64,000 nucleotides of DNA, from positions 19,643 through 83,642 of the forward strand of contig CAZKCI010000064.1 of NCBI GenBank assembly GCA_964551475.1, written 5' to 3'. The notes under the pieces were generated by a model. The model saw only the letters and a program-made list of their open reading frames with translations, did no database searches and had not been told where the DNA came from. The DNA comes from an uncultured bacterium. Its GTDB lineage: Bacteria > Auribacterota > Erginobacteria > Erginobacterales > CAZKCI01. A program made the translations under genes and the position numbers. Below are positions 29,286 to 39,368 of this stretch, in pieces; position 1 is the first letter of the stretch; every line of letters starts with the position of its first letter.

Positions 29286-29999
29286 ATGACTGAACTTCTC
29301 CGAGCCGAAGGCATCGTCAAGTCCTTCCCGATGGGAAAGGCCGTCCTCCCCGTCCTGAAGGGGATCGACTTCTCCGTCGCGGAAGGCGAGACGGTGGTGA
29401 TCGCGGGCCGTTCCGGGGCCGGGAAGAGCACGCTGCTCCACATCCTGGGCGGCCTGGACTCGCCCGACCGGGGACGGGTCCTGATCGAGGGGCAGGAGAT
29501 CAGCCGGATGTCCTCCCGCGCCCGCTCCCGCCTCAGGAACCTCAAGGTCGGCTTCGTCTTCCAGTTTTTCCATCTGCTCCCCGAGTTCACCGCCCGCGAG
29601 AACGTGCTTCTTCCCCTTCTCATCCAGGGCGGGGGAGGGGGGTGGGGCCGCTCCCAGGCCTCTCGCCGCGCCGAGGAAACCCTCAGCCTGGTGGGGCTGG
29701 CCGAACGGTTCGATCACTACCCGAACCAGCTCTCCGGAGGGGAACAGCAGAGGGTGGCGATCGCCCGGGCCCTGATCAACCGTCCCCCTCTTCTCTTCGC
29801 CGACGAGCCGACCGGCAACCTCGACTCGGACACCGGCCTGGCCATCCTCGCTCTCCTCACCGAGCTCAATCGAACACTCAAGCAAACGGTGGTGGTGGTC
29901 TCCCACGATCAGCAGGTGGCGGACTGGGCGCCCCGGATCGTGACCATGCGGGACGGCGTGGTGGAGGGGGAAGTGAGGCGGGTGAAGCCGGGCGTGTAA
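29286..29999 (+). CDS. lolD: Lipoprotein-releasing system ATP-binding protein
   Basis: Walker A GRSGAGKST, Q-loop, signature LSGGEQQRVAIARAL, Walker B LLFADEPTGNLD. ATG 29286 (the track starts at the in-frame TTG 29280). Confidence 0.85.
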   Translation: MTELLRAEGIVKSFPMGKAVLPVLKGIDFSVAEGETVVIAGRSGAGKSTLLHILGGLDSPDRGRVLIEGQEISRMSSRARSRLRNLKVGFVFQFFHLLPEFTARENVLLPLLIQGGGGGWGRSQASRRAEETLSLVGLAERFDHYPNQLSGGEQQRVAIARALINRPPLLFADEPTGNLDSDTGLAILALLTELNRTLKQTVVVVSHDQQVADWAPRIVTMRDGVVEGEVRRVKPGV

Positions 30000-30066
30000 C
30001 GTTGGCGATGGAACCGATAACGTGGTATAATACACGATCGGAATGGCCCGAAAGCGAGGTAAAGCA

Positions 30067-30972
30067 ATGCATATCTACATCAACGGCAAGTATTTCGACA
30101 AGGACGAGGCGAAGGTCTCGGTCTATGACCACGGGCTTCTCTACGGGGACGGCGTCTTCGAGGGAATCCGGGTCTACAACAACCGCGTCTTCCGCCTGGG
30201 GGAGCACATCCAGCGCCTCTACGATTCGGCCAAAGGGATCTGCCTGACCATCCCGCTCAGCCCGGAGGAGATGTCCCAGGCGGTCATCGAAACCGTTCGT
30301 CGCAACGGCCTGCCCGATGCCTACATCCGCCTGGTCGTCACCCGCGGCGCCGGCTGCCTGGGGCTCAACCCCTTCACCTGCTCCCATCCCCAGGTCATCA
30401 TCATCGTCGACAAGATCGCCCTCTATCCCCAGGAGCTGTACGACAAGGGGTTGAATGTCGTCACCGTGGCCACGCACCGCAACTACCCGGAGTCGCTCAA
30501 CCCCCGGATCAAGTCGCTCAACTACCTGAACAACATCCTGGCCAAGATCGAGGCGATCAACGCCGGCGTGGAAGAGGCGATCATGCTCAACTCCTACGGC
30601 CTGGTCTCGGAGTGCACCGGCGACAACATCTTCGCCTACCGCAAGGGCGTTCTCCTCACCCCCTCGATCAGCATGGGCGTGCTGGAGGGGATCACCCGCG
30701 ACGCCGTCATCCAGATCGCCCGGGAAAAGAAGATCGTCGTCAAGCCCATGGTCATGACCCGCTACGATTTCTACATCGCCGACGAGGTCTTCGTGACCGG
30801 GAGCGCGGCCGAGATCGTCCCGGTGGTCAAGGTCGACGGGCGGGTGATCGGGGAGGGCGTCCCCGGCCCGGTCACCCGGTCCCTGATGGAGGCCTACCAT
30901 CACCTGACCCGGAGCGAAGGGGAGCCGGTGACCCGTGGGGGGAAACCGGGTAAAAAGAAACTGATTGGTTGA
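30067..30972 (+). CDS. ilvE: Branched-chain amino acid aminotransferase (PLP fold type IV)
   Basis: ATG 30067 after a GAGGT RBS (MHIYINGKYFDKDEAKVSVYDHGLLYGDGVFEGIRVY…). Conserved E…K motifs are present. The final codons and TGA stop lie within the downstream repeat. Confidence 0.85.
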   Translation: MHIYINGKYFDKDEAKVSVYDHGLLYGDGVFEGIRVYNNRVFRLGEHIQRLYDSAKGICLTIPLSPEEMSQAVIETVRRNGLPDAYIRLVVTRGAGCLGLNPFTCSHPQVIIIVDKIALYPQELYDKGLNVVTVATHRNYPESLNPRIKSLNYLNNILAKIEAINAGVEEAIMLNSYGLVSECTGDNIFAYRKGVLLTPSISMGVLEGITRDAVIQIAREKKIVVKPMVMTRYDFYIADEVFVTGSAAEIVPVVKVDGRVIGEGVPGPVTRSLMEAYHHLTRSEGEPVTRGGKPGKKKLIG

Positions 30973-31245
30973 CGGGTTAGGGTTAGGAAGTGGGTCTGGT
31001 AAATGGGTTAGGGTTAAGTGCGGCATGGCGAAACCGCCAGCCGTGCCACACCATCTACCTTACCCATCGACCAAACCCACTTCCTTACCCTCACCCATTG
31101 ACCGATTGGTTGACGGGTTAGGGTTAGGAAGTGGGTCTGGTAAATGGGTTAGGGTTAAGTTCGGCATGGCAAAACGGCTGACGGGCTACACCATTAACCT
31201 TACCCATTTACCAGACCATTATCCTGACCTTTACCTATAGACCAT
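30962..31245 (+). repeat. Two tandem MITE-like elements between ilvE and mcsA; the element/linker supplies the ilvE stop codon
   Basis: ctgattggtTGAcGGGTTAGGGTTAGGAAGTGGGTCTGGTAAATGGGTTAGGGTTAAGTGCGGC…ATCTACCTTACCCATCGACCAAACCCACTTCCTTACCCTCACCC cattgaccgattggttgac GGGTTAGGG… (second copy). Confidence 0.85.
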
Positions 31246-31249
31246 CTTT

Positions 31250-31723
31250 ATGAAATGCCAGGTCTGCAATAAGAAAGAGGCGATCGTCCACTTGACCGAA
31301 ATCGGCGACAACGGCGCGGTCAAGATCCATCTCTGTCCCGACTGCGCCCAGGCCCGGGGGATCGGAGGGCTCGCCCCGGAAGAGGCAGGACCGGCCGAGG
31401 CGGCCGCCGCCTCCGCCGGTCCCGACGAGTCCGGGATCCGCTGCGCCGTCTGCGGCATCAGCCTGGCGGAATTCCGGAAGAAAGGCCGCCTGGGCTGCGG
31501 GAACTGCTATCAGGCCTTCGCGGAGGCCTTCGTCCCGCTCCTGGCGGCCATCCATCGGGGAGACCGGCATGTCGGCAAGGTCCCGGCGGTCCATCACCCG
31601 GGGAGCGCCGCACCGGATCTCGTGAGCCTCAAGGAGTCGCTGCGCACGGCGGTGGAGAAGGAGAAGTTCGAAGAGGCGGCCCGGCTCTCCGGGCTGATCA
31701 AGAAACTGGAGCGCGCCCAGTGA
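31250..31723 (+). CDS. mcsA: McsA-like activator of protein-arginine kinase (two CxxC zinc-finger pairs + UVR domain)
   Basis: MKCQVCNKKEA…LCPDCA…CAVCGISL…GCGNCY Cys pairs. C-terminal UVR-like helix (LKESLRTAVEKEKFEEAARLSGLIKKLE). It is immediately upstream of mcsB-clpC. Confidence 0.8.
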   Translation: MKCQVCNKKEAIVHLTEIGDNGAVKIHLCPDCAQARGIGGLAPEEAGPAEAAAASAGPDESGIRCAVCGISLAEFRKKGRLGCGNCYQAFAEAFVPLLAAIHRGDRHVGKVPAVHHPGSAAPDLVSLKESLRTAVEKEKFEEAARLSGLIKKLERAQ

Positions 31724-32829
31724 CCAACGCCCTGGACAGCCTGCCCGCGGGGACGAAGATCGAGTATTTCCTTTACCGTCCTCCGGAATGGATATCCGGG
31801 ACCGGCCCGGAGTCGGACATCGTCATCTCGACCCGGATCCGCCTGGCCCGGAACCTCAAGGGGATCGCCTTCTCCCGGAAGGCGGGCGTCCCCCAGCGCC
31901 GCAGCGTGCTGGAGGCGGCCGCGGCGGCGGCTCCGGCCACGGCCGATCTCGCCGGGGCCTTTCTGATCGAGCTGGAGAAGGTTTCCGAGACCGACCGCCG
32001 GTTCCTGGTCGAGCGCCACCTGATCAGCCCCGAGCTTTCCGCGCGCCAGCAGGGGGCGGTGATCGTCGGCGCGCGGGAGTCCGTGTCGGTGATGATCAAC
32101 GAGGAGGACCATCTCCGCCTCCAGGTCCTTCAGTCCGGCTTTCGCCTGACCGAGACCCTCGCCCAGGCCGACCGTTTGGACAACGACCTGGAGAAACAGG
32201 TGGCCTACGAGTTCTCGCCCGTCCTCGGTTATCTGACCGCCTGCCCCACCAACGTGGGGACGGGCCTGCGCGCCTCGGCGATGCTCCATCTTCCCGGACT
32301 GGTGATCCGCAAACAGATCGGCCAGATCATCCAGGCCTTCGGGAAACTGGGCCTGGCGGTGCGGGGGATATACGGCGAGGGAACCCAGGCCAGCGGCAAC
32401 ATGTTCCAGATCTCCAACCAGGTGACGCTGGGGAAGACGGACTCCGAGATCGTCCGCGATCTGGGGGCGATCATCCGGAAGGTGGCGGCCTACGAACGCG
32501 CCGCCCGCTCGTTCCTGGCCGAGTCGCGGGCGGCGGAGCTGGAGGACCGGATCTTCCGCTCGGCCGCGGTTCTGAGAAGCGCCCGTCTGATCTCGTCGGA
32601 GGAGACGCTCGACCTTCTCTCCGGCCTGTGCCTGGGCGTGGACATGGGCTTCCTCCCGGAGATCCCGCGCGCTGCCGTCAACGAGCTCTTCCTCTCCAGC
32701 CAGCCGGCCCATCTGCAGAAGTTCGCGGGAAAGGAGCTCTCTTCCCGCGCGCGGGACGAGCTGAGGGCCTCCCTGCTCCGGGAGAAGCTGGGGGGGGACC
32801 AGCGCCGCGCCCCGGAGAGGAAGAAGTGA
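31720..32829 (+). CDS. mcsB: Protein-arginine kinase (ATP:guanido phosphotransferase family)
   Basis: GTG start overlapping the mcsA stop. Phosphagen-kinase active-site signature CPTNVGTGLRAS, plus the conserved mcsA-mcsB-clpC synteny. Confidence 0.85.
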   Translation: MTNALDSLPAGTKIEYFLYRPPEWISGTGPESDIVISTRIRLARNLKGIAFSRKAGVPQRRSVLEAAAAAAPATADLAGAFLIELEKVSETDRRFLVERHLISPELSARQQGAVIVGARESVSVMINEEDHLRLQVLQSGFRLTETLAQADRLDNDLEKQVAYEFSPVLGYLTACPTNVGTGLRASAMLHLPGLVIRKQIGQIIQAFGKLGLAVRGIYGEGTQASGNMFQISNQVTLGKTDSEIVRDLGAIIRKVAAYERAARSFLAESRAAELEDRIFRSAAVLRSARLISSEETLDLLSGLCLGVDMGFLPEIPRAAVNELFLSSQPAHLQKFAGKELSSRARDELRASLLREKLGGDQRRAPERKK

Positions 32830-32962
32830 GAATTGTGTAAGGTGTAATGAAGGCCAGCCAGTCGATCGGTCCCTGACACCTCACGCTTTAAACCTTACCC
32901 GGCTATCATCTCTGGTGAACCCAAATCCATTCCAGCAGTCAACGCGCTGATCGGAGACCGCC

Positions 32963-35458
32963 GTGTTCGACCAATTCACTCCCCGCGCCCGCCAGGTGAT
33001 CATCCTGGCCCGCAAGGAAGCCGACCGCTTCAACCACGACTATATCGGCACCGAGCACATTCTCCTCGGCCTGCTCCGCCTGGGCCAGGGGGTGGCGGTG
33101 GACATCCTCCGCGAGCTGGGCGTGGATTTCCAGACCCTGCGGATGGAGGTGGAGCGAGCGGTCGGGACCGGTCCCGAGACCAAGACGGCGGGCGAGGTCC
33201 CTCTCACACCCAAGGCCCGCCGCGCCATCGACCTCGCCGTCGCCGAGGCCAAGAAGCTTCAGCACAGCTACATCGGCACCGAGCATCTCCTGCTGGGGCT
33301 TCTCCAGGAGGGGGAGGGTGTCGCTTCCCAGGTGCTCAAGAACCTGGGGGTGGACCTGGAGGAGACCCGGGGGAGGATCCTGGAAAAGCTCAAGATGGAG
33401 TACGGCAGCCAGACCGGTCCGGAGGCGCCCCCGGCCGAGCCCCGGGACAAGCGCGCGGGCCGGACTCCGGCTTTAAAGGCCTTCGGCCGCGACCTGACGG
33501 AGCTCGCCCGGGAAGGGAAGCTTGACCCGGTGATCGGCCGGGACGCGGAAATCGAGCGGTTGACCCAGGTGGTCTGCCGGCGCTCGAAGAACAATCCGGT
33601 CCTGATCGGGGAAGCGGGGGTGGGCAAGACCGCGATCGTGGAGGGGCTGGCCCAGCGGATCGTCTCCGGCGACGTCCCCGAGATCCTCCGGGAGAAGAAG
33701 CTGATCACGCTCGACCTGGCCCTGATGGTGGCGGGGACGAAATACCGCGGCCAGTTCGAAGAGAGGATCAAGGCGATGATGGAGGAGATCAAGCGCTCCC
33801 GCAACGTCCTGCTTTTCATCGACGAGCTCCACACCATCGTGGGGGCGGGCGCGGCCGAGGGCGCCATCGACGCCTCCAACATCTTGAAGCCCGCCCTCTC
33901 CCGGGGAGAGCTCCAGTGCATCGGGGCCACCACGATGAACGAGTACCGCAAGTACATCGAGAAGGACGCGGCCCTGGAGCGTCGCTTCCAGGTGATCAAG
34001 GTCCGGCCCAACACGGTGGAGGAGACGATCGAGATCCTGAAGGGGCTCCGGAAGAAATACGAGCAGCACCACAACGCCTCCATCACCGACGGCGCGCTGA
34101 TCGCGGCCGCCCGCCTCTCCGACCGCTACCTCTCCGGCCGCTACCTCCCCGACAAGGCGATCGACCTGGTCGACGAGGCCTCCTCCCGCCGGCGCCTCGC
34201 GGTGATGACCCGCCCCGCCGAGATCAAGGGCCTGGAGAAGCGGCTGGAGGAGATCCAGAAGGAGAAGGAGAAGGCGGTCAAGGACCAGGATTTTGAAAAG
34301 GCGGCGGGGCTCCGCGACGAAGAGCGTTCCTCCCAGGAGAAGCTCCGGCGGGAGCTGGAAATCTGGAAGGAGACCAAGAGCAAGGAAAAGGTCACGGTGG
34401 ACGAGGAGGAGATCGCGGAGGTCCTCTCCCGCTGGACCGACATTCCGGTCTCCCGGATGGAAGAGACCGAGGCGGAAAAGCTTCTCAAGATGGAGACGGC
34501 CCTGCACACCCGGGTGGTCGGCCAGGAGGAGGCGATTTCGGTGATCTCGCGGGCCCTGCGGCGTTCGCGCTCGGGGCTCAAGGACCCCGGCCGTCCGATC
34601 GGATCCTTTATCTTCCTCGGCCCCACCGGCGTGGGCAAGACCCTGCTCGCCCGGGTGCTGGCCGAGTTCATGTTCGGCAACGAGGACGCCCTGATCCAGA
34701 TCGACATGTCCGAGTACATGGAGAAGTTCGCCGTCTCCCGCATGGTCGGCTCGCCGCCCGGCTATGTCGGTTTCGAAGAGGGGGGGCAGCTCACCGAGCG
34801 GGTGCGCCGCCGGCCCTACGCCGTGGTCCTCTTCGACGAGGTGGAGAAGGCCCACCCCGACGTGATGGGTATCCTCCTCCAGATCCTGGAGGACGGCAAG
34901 CTCACCGATTCCTGGGGGCGCCCGATCGATTTCCGCAACACGGTGGTGATCATGACCTCCAACGCCGGAGCGGAGCTTCTCCAGAAGGAGACCACGGTGG
35001 GCTTTTCCTCCGGATCGAAGATGGAGGAGTTCTCCGGGATGAAGGGCAAGCTGATGGCGGAGATGAAGAAGATCTTCAAGCCGGAGTTCCTGAACCGCCT
35101 CGACGACGTCATCGTCTTCCACCACCTGACCGGCGACGACCTGGAGCGGATCGCGGACCTCGAAATCCGGGACATCTCCGGCCGCCTCCGGGACCGTCGG
35201 ATCACGCTGGAGCTGACCAAGAAGGCCCGGGAGTTCGTGGTCAAGGACTGCGAGAAACAGCGGGCCGGCGCCCGCCCGCTGCGCCGGGCTCTCCAGCGCC
35301 TGGTGGAGGATCCTCTTTCCGAAGAGCTTCTCCGGTCCAAAATCCCGGAGGGCAGCCGGATCAAGGTGGACCTGAAGAAGGGGGCCATCGTCTTCATCTC
35401 CAGCAAAGAAGAGGGCGCCGCCGGCGCCCCGGCGGCGGCCGGAGACAAGGTCGGATGA
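32963..35458 (+). CDS. clpC: ATP-dependent Clp protease ATP-binding subunit ClpC
   Basis: Two Clp_N repeats. AAA1 has GEAGVGKT and DELH. The UVR motif lies in the linker. AAA2 has GPTGVGKT and the sensor-2 RPLRRALQ. Confidence 0.9.
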   Translation: MFDQFTPRARQVIILARKEADRFNHDYIGTEHILLGLLRLGQGVAVDILRELGVDFQTLRMEVERAVGTGPETKTAGEVPLTPKARRAIDLAVAEAKKLQHSYIGTEHLLLGLLQEGEGVASQVLKNLGVDLEETRGRILEKLKMEYGSQTGPEAPPAEPRDKRAGRTPALKAFGRDLTELAREGKLDPVIGRDAEIERLTQVVCRRSKNNPVLIGEAGVGKTAIVEGLAQRIVSGDVPEILREKKLITLDLALMVAGTKYRGQFEERIKAMMEEIKRSRNVLLFIDELHTIVGAGAAEGAIDASNILKPALSRGELQCIGATTMNEYRKYIEKDAALERRFQVIKVRPNTVEETIEILKGLRKKYEQHHNASITDGALIAAARLSDRYLSGRYLPDKAIDLVDEASSRRRLAVMTRPAEIKGLEKRLEEIQKEKEKAVKDQDFEKAAGLRDEERSSQEKLRRELEIWKETKSKEKVTVDEEEIAEVLSRWTDIPVSRMEETEAEKLLKMETALHTRVVGQEEAISVISRALRRSRSGLKDPGRPIGSFIFLGPTGVGKTLLARVLAEFMFGNEDALIQIDMSEYMEKFAVSRMVGSPPGYVGFEEGGQLTERVRRRPYAVVLFDEVEKAHPDVMGILLQILEDGKLTDSWGRPIDFRNTVVIMTSNAGAELLQKETTVGFSSGSKMEEFSGMKGKLMAEMKKIFKPEFLNRLDDVIVFHHLTGDDLERIADLEIRDISGRLRDRRITLELTKKAREFVVKDCEKQRAGARPLRRALQRLVEDPLSEELLRSKIPEGSRIKVDLKKGAIVFISSKEEGAAGAPAAAGDKVG

Positions 35459-35535
35459 GTTCGATCGGCTCCCCGCCGTTCCCTCTCTCGCCTGCCCTGG
35501 ACGCAGTCGAACGGGTCTAGGGTGAGGGGGCATGG

Positions 35536-37398
35536 ATGCATGCTTGCCGGACAGCGTATCTTTCCATCCTTCTTCTCCCCCTGGTTTTCGCCCCGCTCGC
35601 CCGTTCCGAGATCCTGCTCGCCGTCCCCGACGACATCGCCGACGCCCTGCCCGAGGATATCCGGGATGACGCGGGGGAGACGGCGACCGTCTCCGGCGCC
35701 TTCCGCTCCTTCTCCCGCGACCGGCGCAACTTCGATCCCGCCTACCCCTGGGTGCTGGAGACGGAGGCCTGGACCGGTTTTCTCGATGATGAAGTCTCCC
35801 GCGCCGCGGGCCCGATCCTCGCCTCGATTTCGGCGGGGGACCAGCTCACGGCCTCGGGATCCTGGGGCGTTCTCCTTTCCGCCGCCGAGCCCCCCTGGCC
35901 CGGGTCGGTCGCGGTCGGCGATCGCCGGGCGCTGGCCGTTCTCGTCGTGACCTCGCTGGCGTCGCGACCCGTCCCGTCCGCCGGCGTCTCCTCCCCGCCC
36001 CGCCCCGATCTCGCGGCGGTCGCCCGGGCCGTGCAAGCCGAGGAGCTCAAGGCGGTTCGGGATCCCTCCTACGCCTCCCCCGCCCGCCGGAAGATCGCCC
36101 AGCTCTACGTGAAATCCGGGCAATACGAGAAGGCGATCAACGAATACCGTTTCGATATGATCCTCGACCCCGCCCGCTCCTCCTCTGGCCATCGCAAGAT
36201 CGCCGAGATCTACAAGCTGATGGGGGACGGGGAGAACGCCCGGATCGAGCTGGAGCTTTCCCGGCTCACCCAGAAGGAGAGCCGGGAATCGCTTTACCGC
36301 CAGCGCCTGACCAAGTGGATCAAGCAGGGAAAATACGAGCTGGCGATTCAGGAGTACAATTATCTTCTCCAGGCCGACAGCCGCTCCCGTCCCGAGTACC
36401 TGGAGAAGATCGCCCAGCTCTATAGCCTGCTGGGGGACCGGGCGCGGGCGCGCGACTACTACGGAAGGCTGATCCGGGAAATGCAGGAGACCGCGCGGCA
36501 GACCGCCGCCCAGCGGCTGGACAAGTCGCTCCGCCTGGCCGCGATCTACGAGGACATGGGCGACTTCGACGCCGCCCGCGCCCAGTACGAGAACGCCCTC
36601 CAGGCCTCGCCCGGCAAGAAGGAGGAGGTCCTGATCAAGACCGCCCAGTTCCTGGAGCGGAGGAAGGATTATCCCGGGGCCCTGGCCGTCTACCGGAGAA
36701 TGGAGGGGATGCCGGATGCGGACCGGGCGGGGCTCGCCGAGCGCAGCGCGCGGCTGATGGAGCGAAACAAGGACATCGGAGGAGCGATCGCGGAATACGA
36801 GCGGGCGGCGAAGTTCTCCCGCCCTCCGGACTCCTCCCGTATCCGCTGGAAACGCGCCGCTCTGCTCTCTTCGTCGGGCCGTCTGCAGGAAGCCCTGGCG
36901 GCCTATCGGGAAGCGGCCGGCGATCTCACGGGCGCGGCGCGGGCGGAGGCGGTGGAGGAAACGGGGGATCTCCTGGTCAAGCTCAAGAAGGAAGAGGAGG
37001 CGAGAGCGGCCTACCGCGAGGCGGGTTCCCTCCTCCTCGCCTCCCGGTCGACGGCCTCTGGCCGGGAAGACGTCGTCCGCCGGCTGGCGGATCTGGCGGA
37101 GAAAGCGGGCGATGCCGAAGTCGCCCGCCGCTATCGGGAGGAGACGGCGTCACTGCTCGCGGGCAAGATCCGCGACGATCCCGCCTCCAGTGTCCGGTCC
37201 CGCCGCCGACTGATCGATCTCCTGGAGAAGCTCGAAAAATGGGACGAGGCCGCCGCGCAGTACCAGGAATGGATCGCCCGGGAGCCGGACAACTCCTCGC
37301 CCTATTACCGCCTGTATCGCCTCTATCGCGATAAGCTGAAAAACGAGGAGCAAGCGAAGACGTGGGAGGAAAAGTACCAGGAGATGAAAAGGAAATAA
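35536..37398 (+). CDS. Secreted TPR-repeat protein (620 aa)
   Basis: Signal peptide MHACRTAYLSILLLPLVFAPLARSE followed by more than 10 TPR-like units (…AQLYVKSGQYEKAINEY…, …WIKQGKYELAIQEYNYLLQAD…). Confidence 0.6.
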   Translation: MHACRTAYLSILLLPLVFAPLARSEILLAVPDDIADALPEDIRDDAGETATVSGAFRSFSRDRRNFDPAYPWVLETEAWTGFLDDEVSRAAGPILASISAGDQLTASGSWGVLLSAAEPPWPGSVAVGDRRALAVLVVTSLASRPVPSAGVSSPPRPDLAAVARAVQAEELKAVRDPSYASPARRKIAQLYVKSGQYEKAINEYRFDMILDPARSSSGHRKIAEIYKLMGDGENARIELELSRLTQKESRESLYRQRLTKWIKQGKYELAIQEYNYLLQADSRSRPEYLEKIAQLYSLLGDRARARDYYGRLIREMQETARQTAAQRLDKSLRLAAIYEDMGDFDAARAQYENALQASPGKKEEVLIKTAQFLERRKDYPGALAVYRRMEGMPDADRAGLAERSARLMERNKDIGGAIAEYERAAKFSRPPDSSRIRWKRAALLSSSGRLQEALAAYREAAGDLTGAARAEAVEETGDLLVKLKKEEEARAAYREAGSLLLASRSTASGREDVVRRLADLAEKAGDAEVARRYREETASLLAGKIRDDPASSVRSRRRLIDLLEKLEKWDEAAAQYQEWIAREPDNSSPYYRLYRLYRDKLKNEEQAKTWEEKYQEMKRK

Positions 37399-37547
37399 GG
37401 TTCAACGGATCAAGGGTTCAGCGGTTCAGAGGTTCACGGTTCAACGGTTAGATAACACAACCGCTGAACCGCTGAACCGTGAACCGTTGAACCGTGAACC
37501 GCTGAACCGCTGAACCGTGAACCGCTGAACCGTTGAACCCTGAACCC
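37399..37547 (+). repeat. ~150-nt inverted repeat made of 8-9-mer microsatellite units: (GGTTCANNG)x6 - loop agataacacaa - (CNNTGAACC)x~11, followed by a T-rich tract
   Basis: It begins 1 bp after the TPR-gene stop and ends ~20 nt before the proS ATG. The arms were read directly. Confidence 0.85.
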
Positions 37548-37567
37548 TGTTTCCTTTTGGAGCACCC

Positions 37568-39271
37568 ATGCGCTGGACCAAGACACTGATCCCCACGCTG
37601 CGCGAAGCGCCGCAGGAAGCCGAGATCGCGAGCCACATCCTGATGATCCGGGCCGGGCTGATGCGGAAGCTCTCCTCCGGCCTCTACACCTTTCTCCCCC
37701 TGGGACTGAGGGCGCTCAGCAAGGTGGAGAGGATCGTCCGGGAGGAGATGGACCGGGCGGGGGCGCTGGAGATCCTGATGCCGATCCTGCAGCCCCGCGA
37801 GCTCTGGGAGAAGAGCGGCCGCTTCGGGATCATGGGCGAGATCATGCTCCGGGCCAAGTCGCGCTCCGGCCGCGAACTCGTCCTCGGCCCCACCCACGAG
37901 GAGGTGGTGACCGATCTCGTCGCCCACGAGATCGACTCCTACCGCGGGCTCCCCGTGAACCTCTACCAGATCGCCCCCAAGATCCGCGACGAGATCCGCC
38001 CCCGCTTCGGCCTCATCCGCTCAAGGGAGTTCATCATGAAGGACGGCTACTCCTTCGACCTCGACGACGCGGGGGCGGCGGAGTCTTACCAGAAGATGTA
38101 CGACGCCTACATCCGGATCTTCGCGCGCTGCGGTCTCCAGGTCCGGGTGGTCGAGGCCGACACCGGCGTGATGGGGGGAAACCTCTCCCACGAGTTCATG
38201 GTCCCGGCCGAGTCGGGCGAGGACTACCTCGCCTCCTGCGCGCAGTGCGGCTACGCCGCCAACACCGAGAAGGCGGCTCTCCGGCCCTCCCCCGACCGGC
38301 CCTCCCGGACGGCCGAGCCGATCGCCTCCGTCGACACGCCGAACTCCAGGACGGTGGAGGAGCTCGCCGCCTTCTTCCAGGCCGGCCCCGAGCGCTTCAT
38401 CAAGACGCTGATCTATGTCGCCGACGGGACGCCCGTCGCCGTCCTGGTCCGGGGGGACCGGGACGTGAACGAGGGGAAGCTCGCGCGCCTGCTCGGGGCG
38501 ACACAGACGGCCCTGGCCGACGAGAAGACGATCGAGAAGGCGACCGGCGCTCCGCTCGGCTTCGCCGGGCCGGTGGGGCTCGCGGGGATCCGGGTCGTCG
38601 CCGACTACAGCGTGGCGTCGATCGCCGACGGGATCACCGGGGCGAACCAGAAGGACAAGCACCTGGTCCATGTCAACCTCGAGCGCGATTGCGCGATCTC
38701 TGAGTTTCACGATCTCGCCGTGGCGGCGGCGGGCGACCTCTGCGGCCGCTGCGGCGCGCCTCTCTCGCTGAGCCGGGGCGTCGAGGTCGGCCACACCTTC
38801 AAGCTGGGGACGAAATACAGCCGGGCCCTGGGGGCCATGGTCAAGACCGAGAAGGGGGAGGAGATCCCGGCGGTGATGGGCTGCTACGGGATCGGCGTGA
38901 GCCGGGTGGTGGCGGCGATCGTCGAGCAGTCCCATGACGCCAAGGGGATCGTCTGGCCCGTCTCCGTCGCCCCCTACCAGGTCCTGGTCCAGGCTTTGAA
39001 CCAGGACGACGAGAAGATCGCCTCCGTCGCCTCCGCCCTCCACGACCGGCTGGAAGGGGAGGGGTGGGAGGTCCTCTACGACGACCGCCCGGTCTCAGCG
39101 GGCGTCAAGTTCAACGACGCCGACCTGGTCGGGATACCGCTCCGGATCACGATCGGGAGGAAGTTTCTGAAGACCGGCGAGCTGGAGCTGAAGCGGCGCG
39201 ACGCCCCCGCCGCCGTGGGTTGCCGTCCCGAGGACCTCACGGCGACGCTTAAAAAACTCCTGGCTGGCTAA
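37568..39271 (+). CDS. proS: Proline--tRNA ligase (class II, bacterial type with editing domain)
   Basis: MRWTKTLIPTLREAPQEAEIASHILMIRAGLMRKLSSGLYTFLPLG… canonical ProRS N-terminus. INS/editing domain and class II motif 3 are present. Confidence 0.9.
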   Translation: MRWTKTLIPTLREAPQEAEIASHILMIRAGLMRKLSSGLYTFLPLGLRALSKVERIVREEMDRAGALEILMPILQPRELWEKSGRFGIMGEIMLRAKSRSGRELVLGPTHEEVVTDLVAHEIDSYRGLPVNLYQIAPKIRDEIRPRFGLIRSREFIMKDGYSFDLDDAGAAESYQKMYDAYIRIFARCGLQVRVVEADTGVMGGNLSHEFMVPAESGEDYLASCAQCGYAANTEKAALRPSPDRPSRTAEPIASVDTPNSRTVEELAAFFQAGPERFIKTLIYVADGTPVAVLVRGDRDVNEGKLARLLGATQTALADEKTIEKATGAPLGFAGPVGLAGIRVVADYSVASIADGITGANQKDKHLVHVNLERDCAISEFHDLAVAAAGDLCGRCGAPLSLSRGVEVGHTFKLGTKYSRALGAMVKTEKGEEIPAVMGCYGIGVSRVVAAIVEQSHDAKGIVWPVSVAPYQVLVQALNQDDEKIASVASALHDRLEGEGWEVLYDDRPVSAGVKFNDADLVGIPLRITIGRKFLKTGELELKRRDAPAAVGCRPEDLTATLKKLLAG

Positions 39272-39295
39272 AAAAAAGCAACCGCGGATTGCGCG

Positions 39296-39315
39296 CCTGC
39301 CTGCCGGCAGGCAGG
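39296..39315 (+). terminator. Palindrome CCTGCCTGCC-GGCAGGCAGG after proS (hairpin; no clear U-tract)
   Basis: Perfect 10-bp inverted repeat, flanked by a CGCGGATT direct repeat. Confidence 0.3.
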
Positions 39316-39335
39316 GATTTCGCGGATTATAAAAG

Positions 39336-39360
39336 CCCTGAACCCTGAACCCTGAACCCC
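39336..39360 (+). repeat. (CCCTGAA)x3 heptamer array
   Basis: gccctgaaccctgaaccctgaacccc; the same unit as the 4261-4318 array. Confidence 0.7.
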
Positions 39361-39368
39361 GGACTTCA

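Noticed and set aside
29102-29293. Small ORFs inside repeat elements (MAKRLTGYTI…; also 30965..31240)
   Set aside because: They are entirely encoded by the MITE-like repeat and duplicated with it. There is no RBS and they are not conserved outside the repeats.
31100-32962. CtsR operator (GGTCAAANANRGTCAAA) expected upstream of mcsA/clpC
   Set aside because: No heptad direct repeat was found upstream of mcsA (the region is occupied by the MITE-like element) or clpC. No ctsR gene is present. Regulation presumably differs from the Firmicute paradigm.
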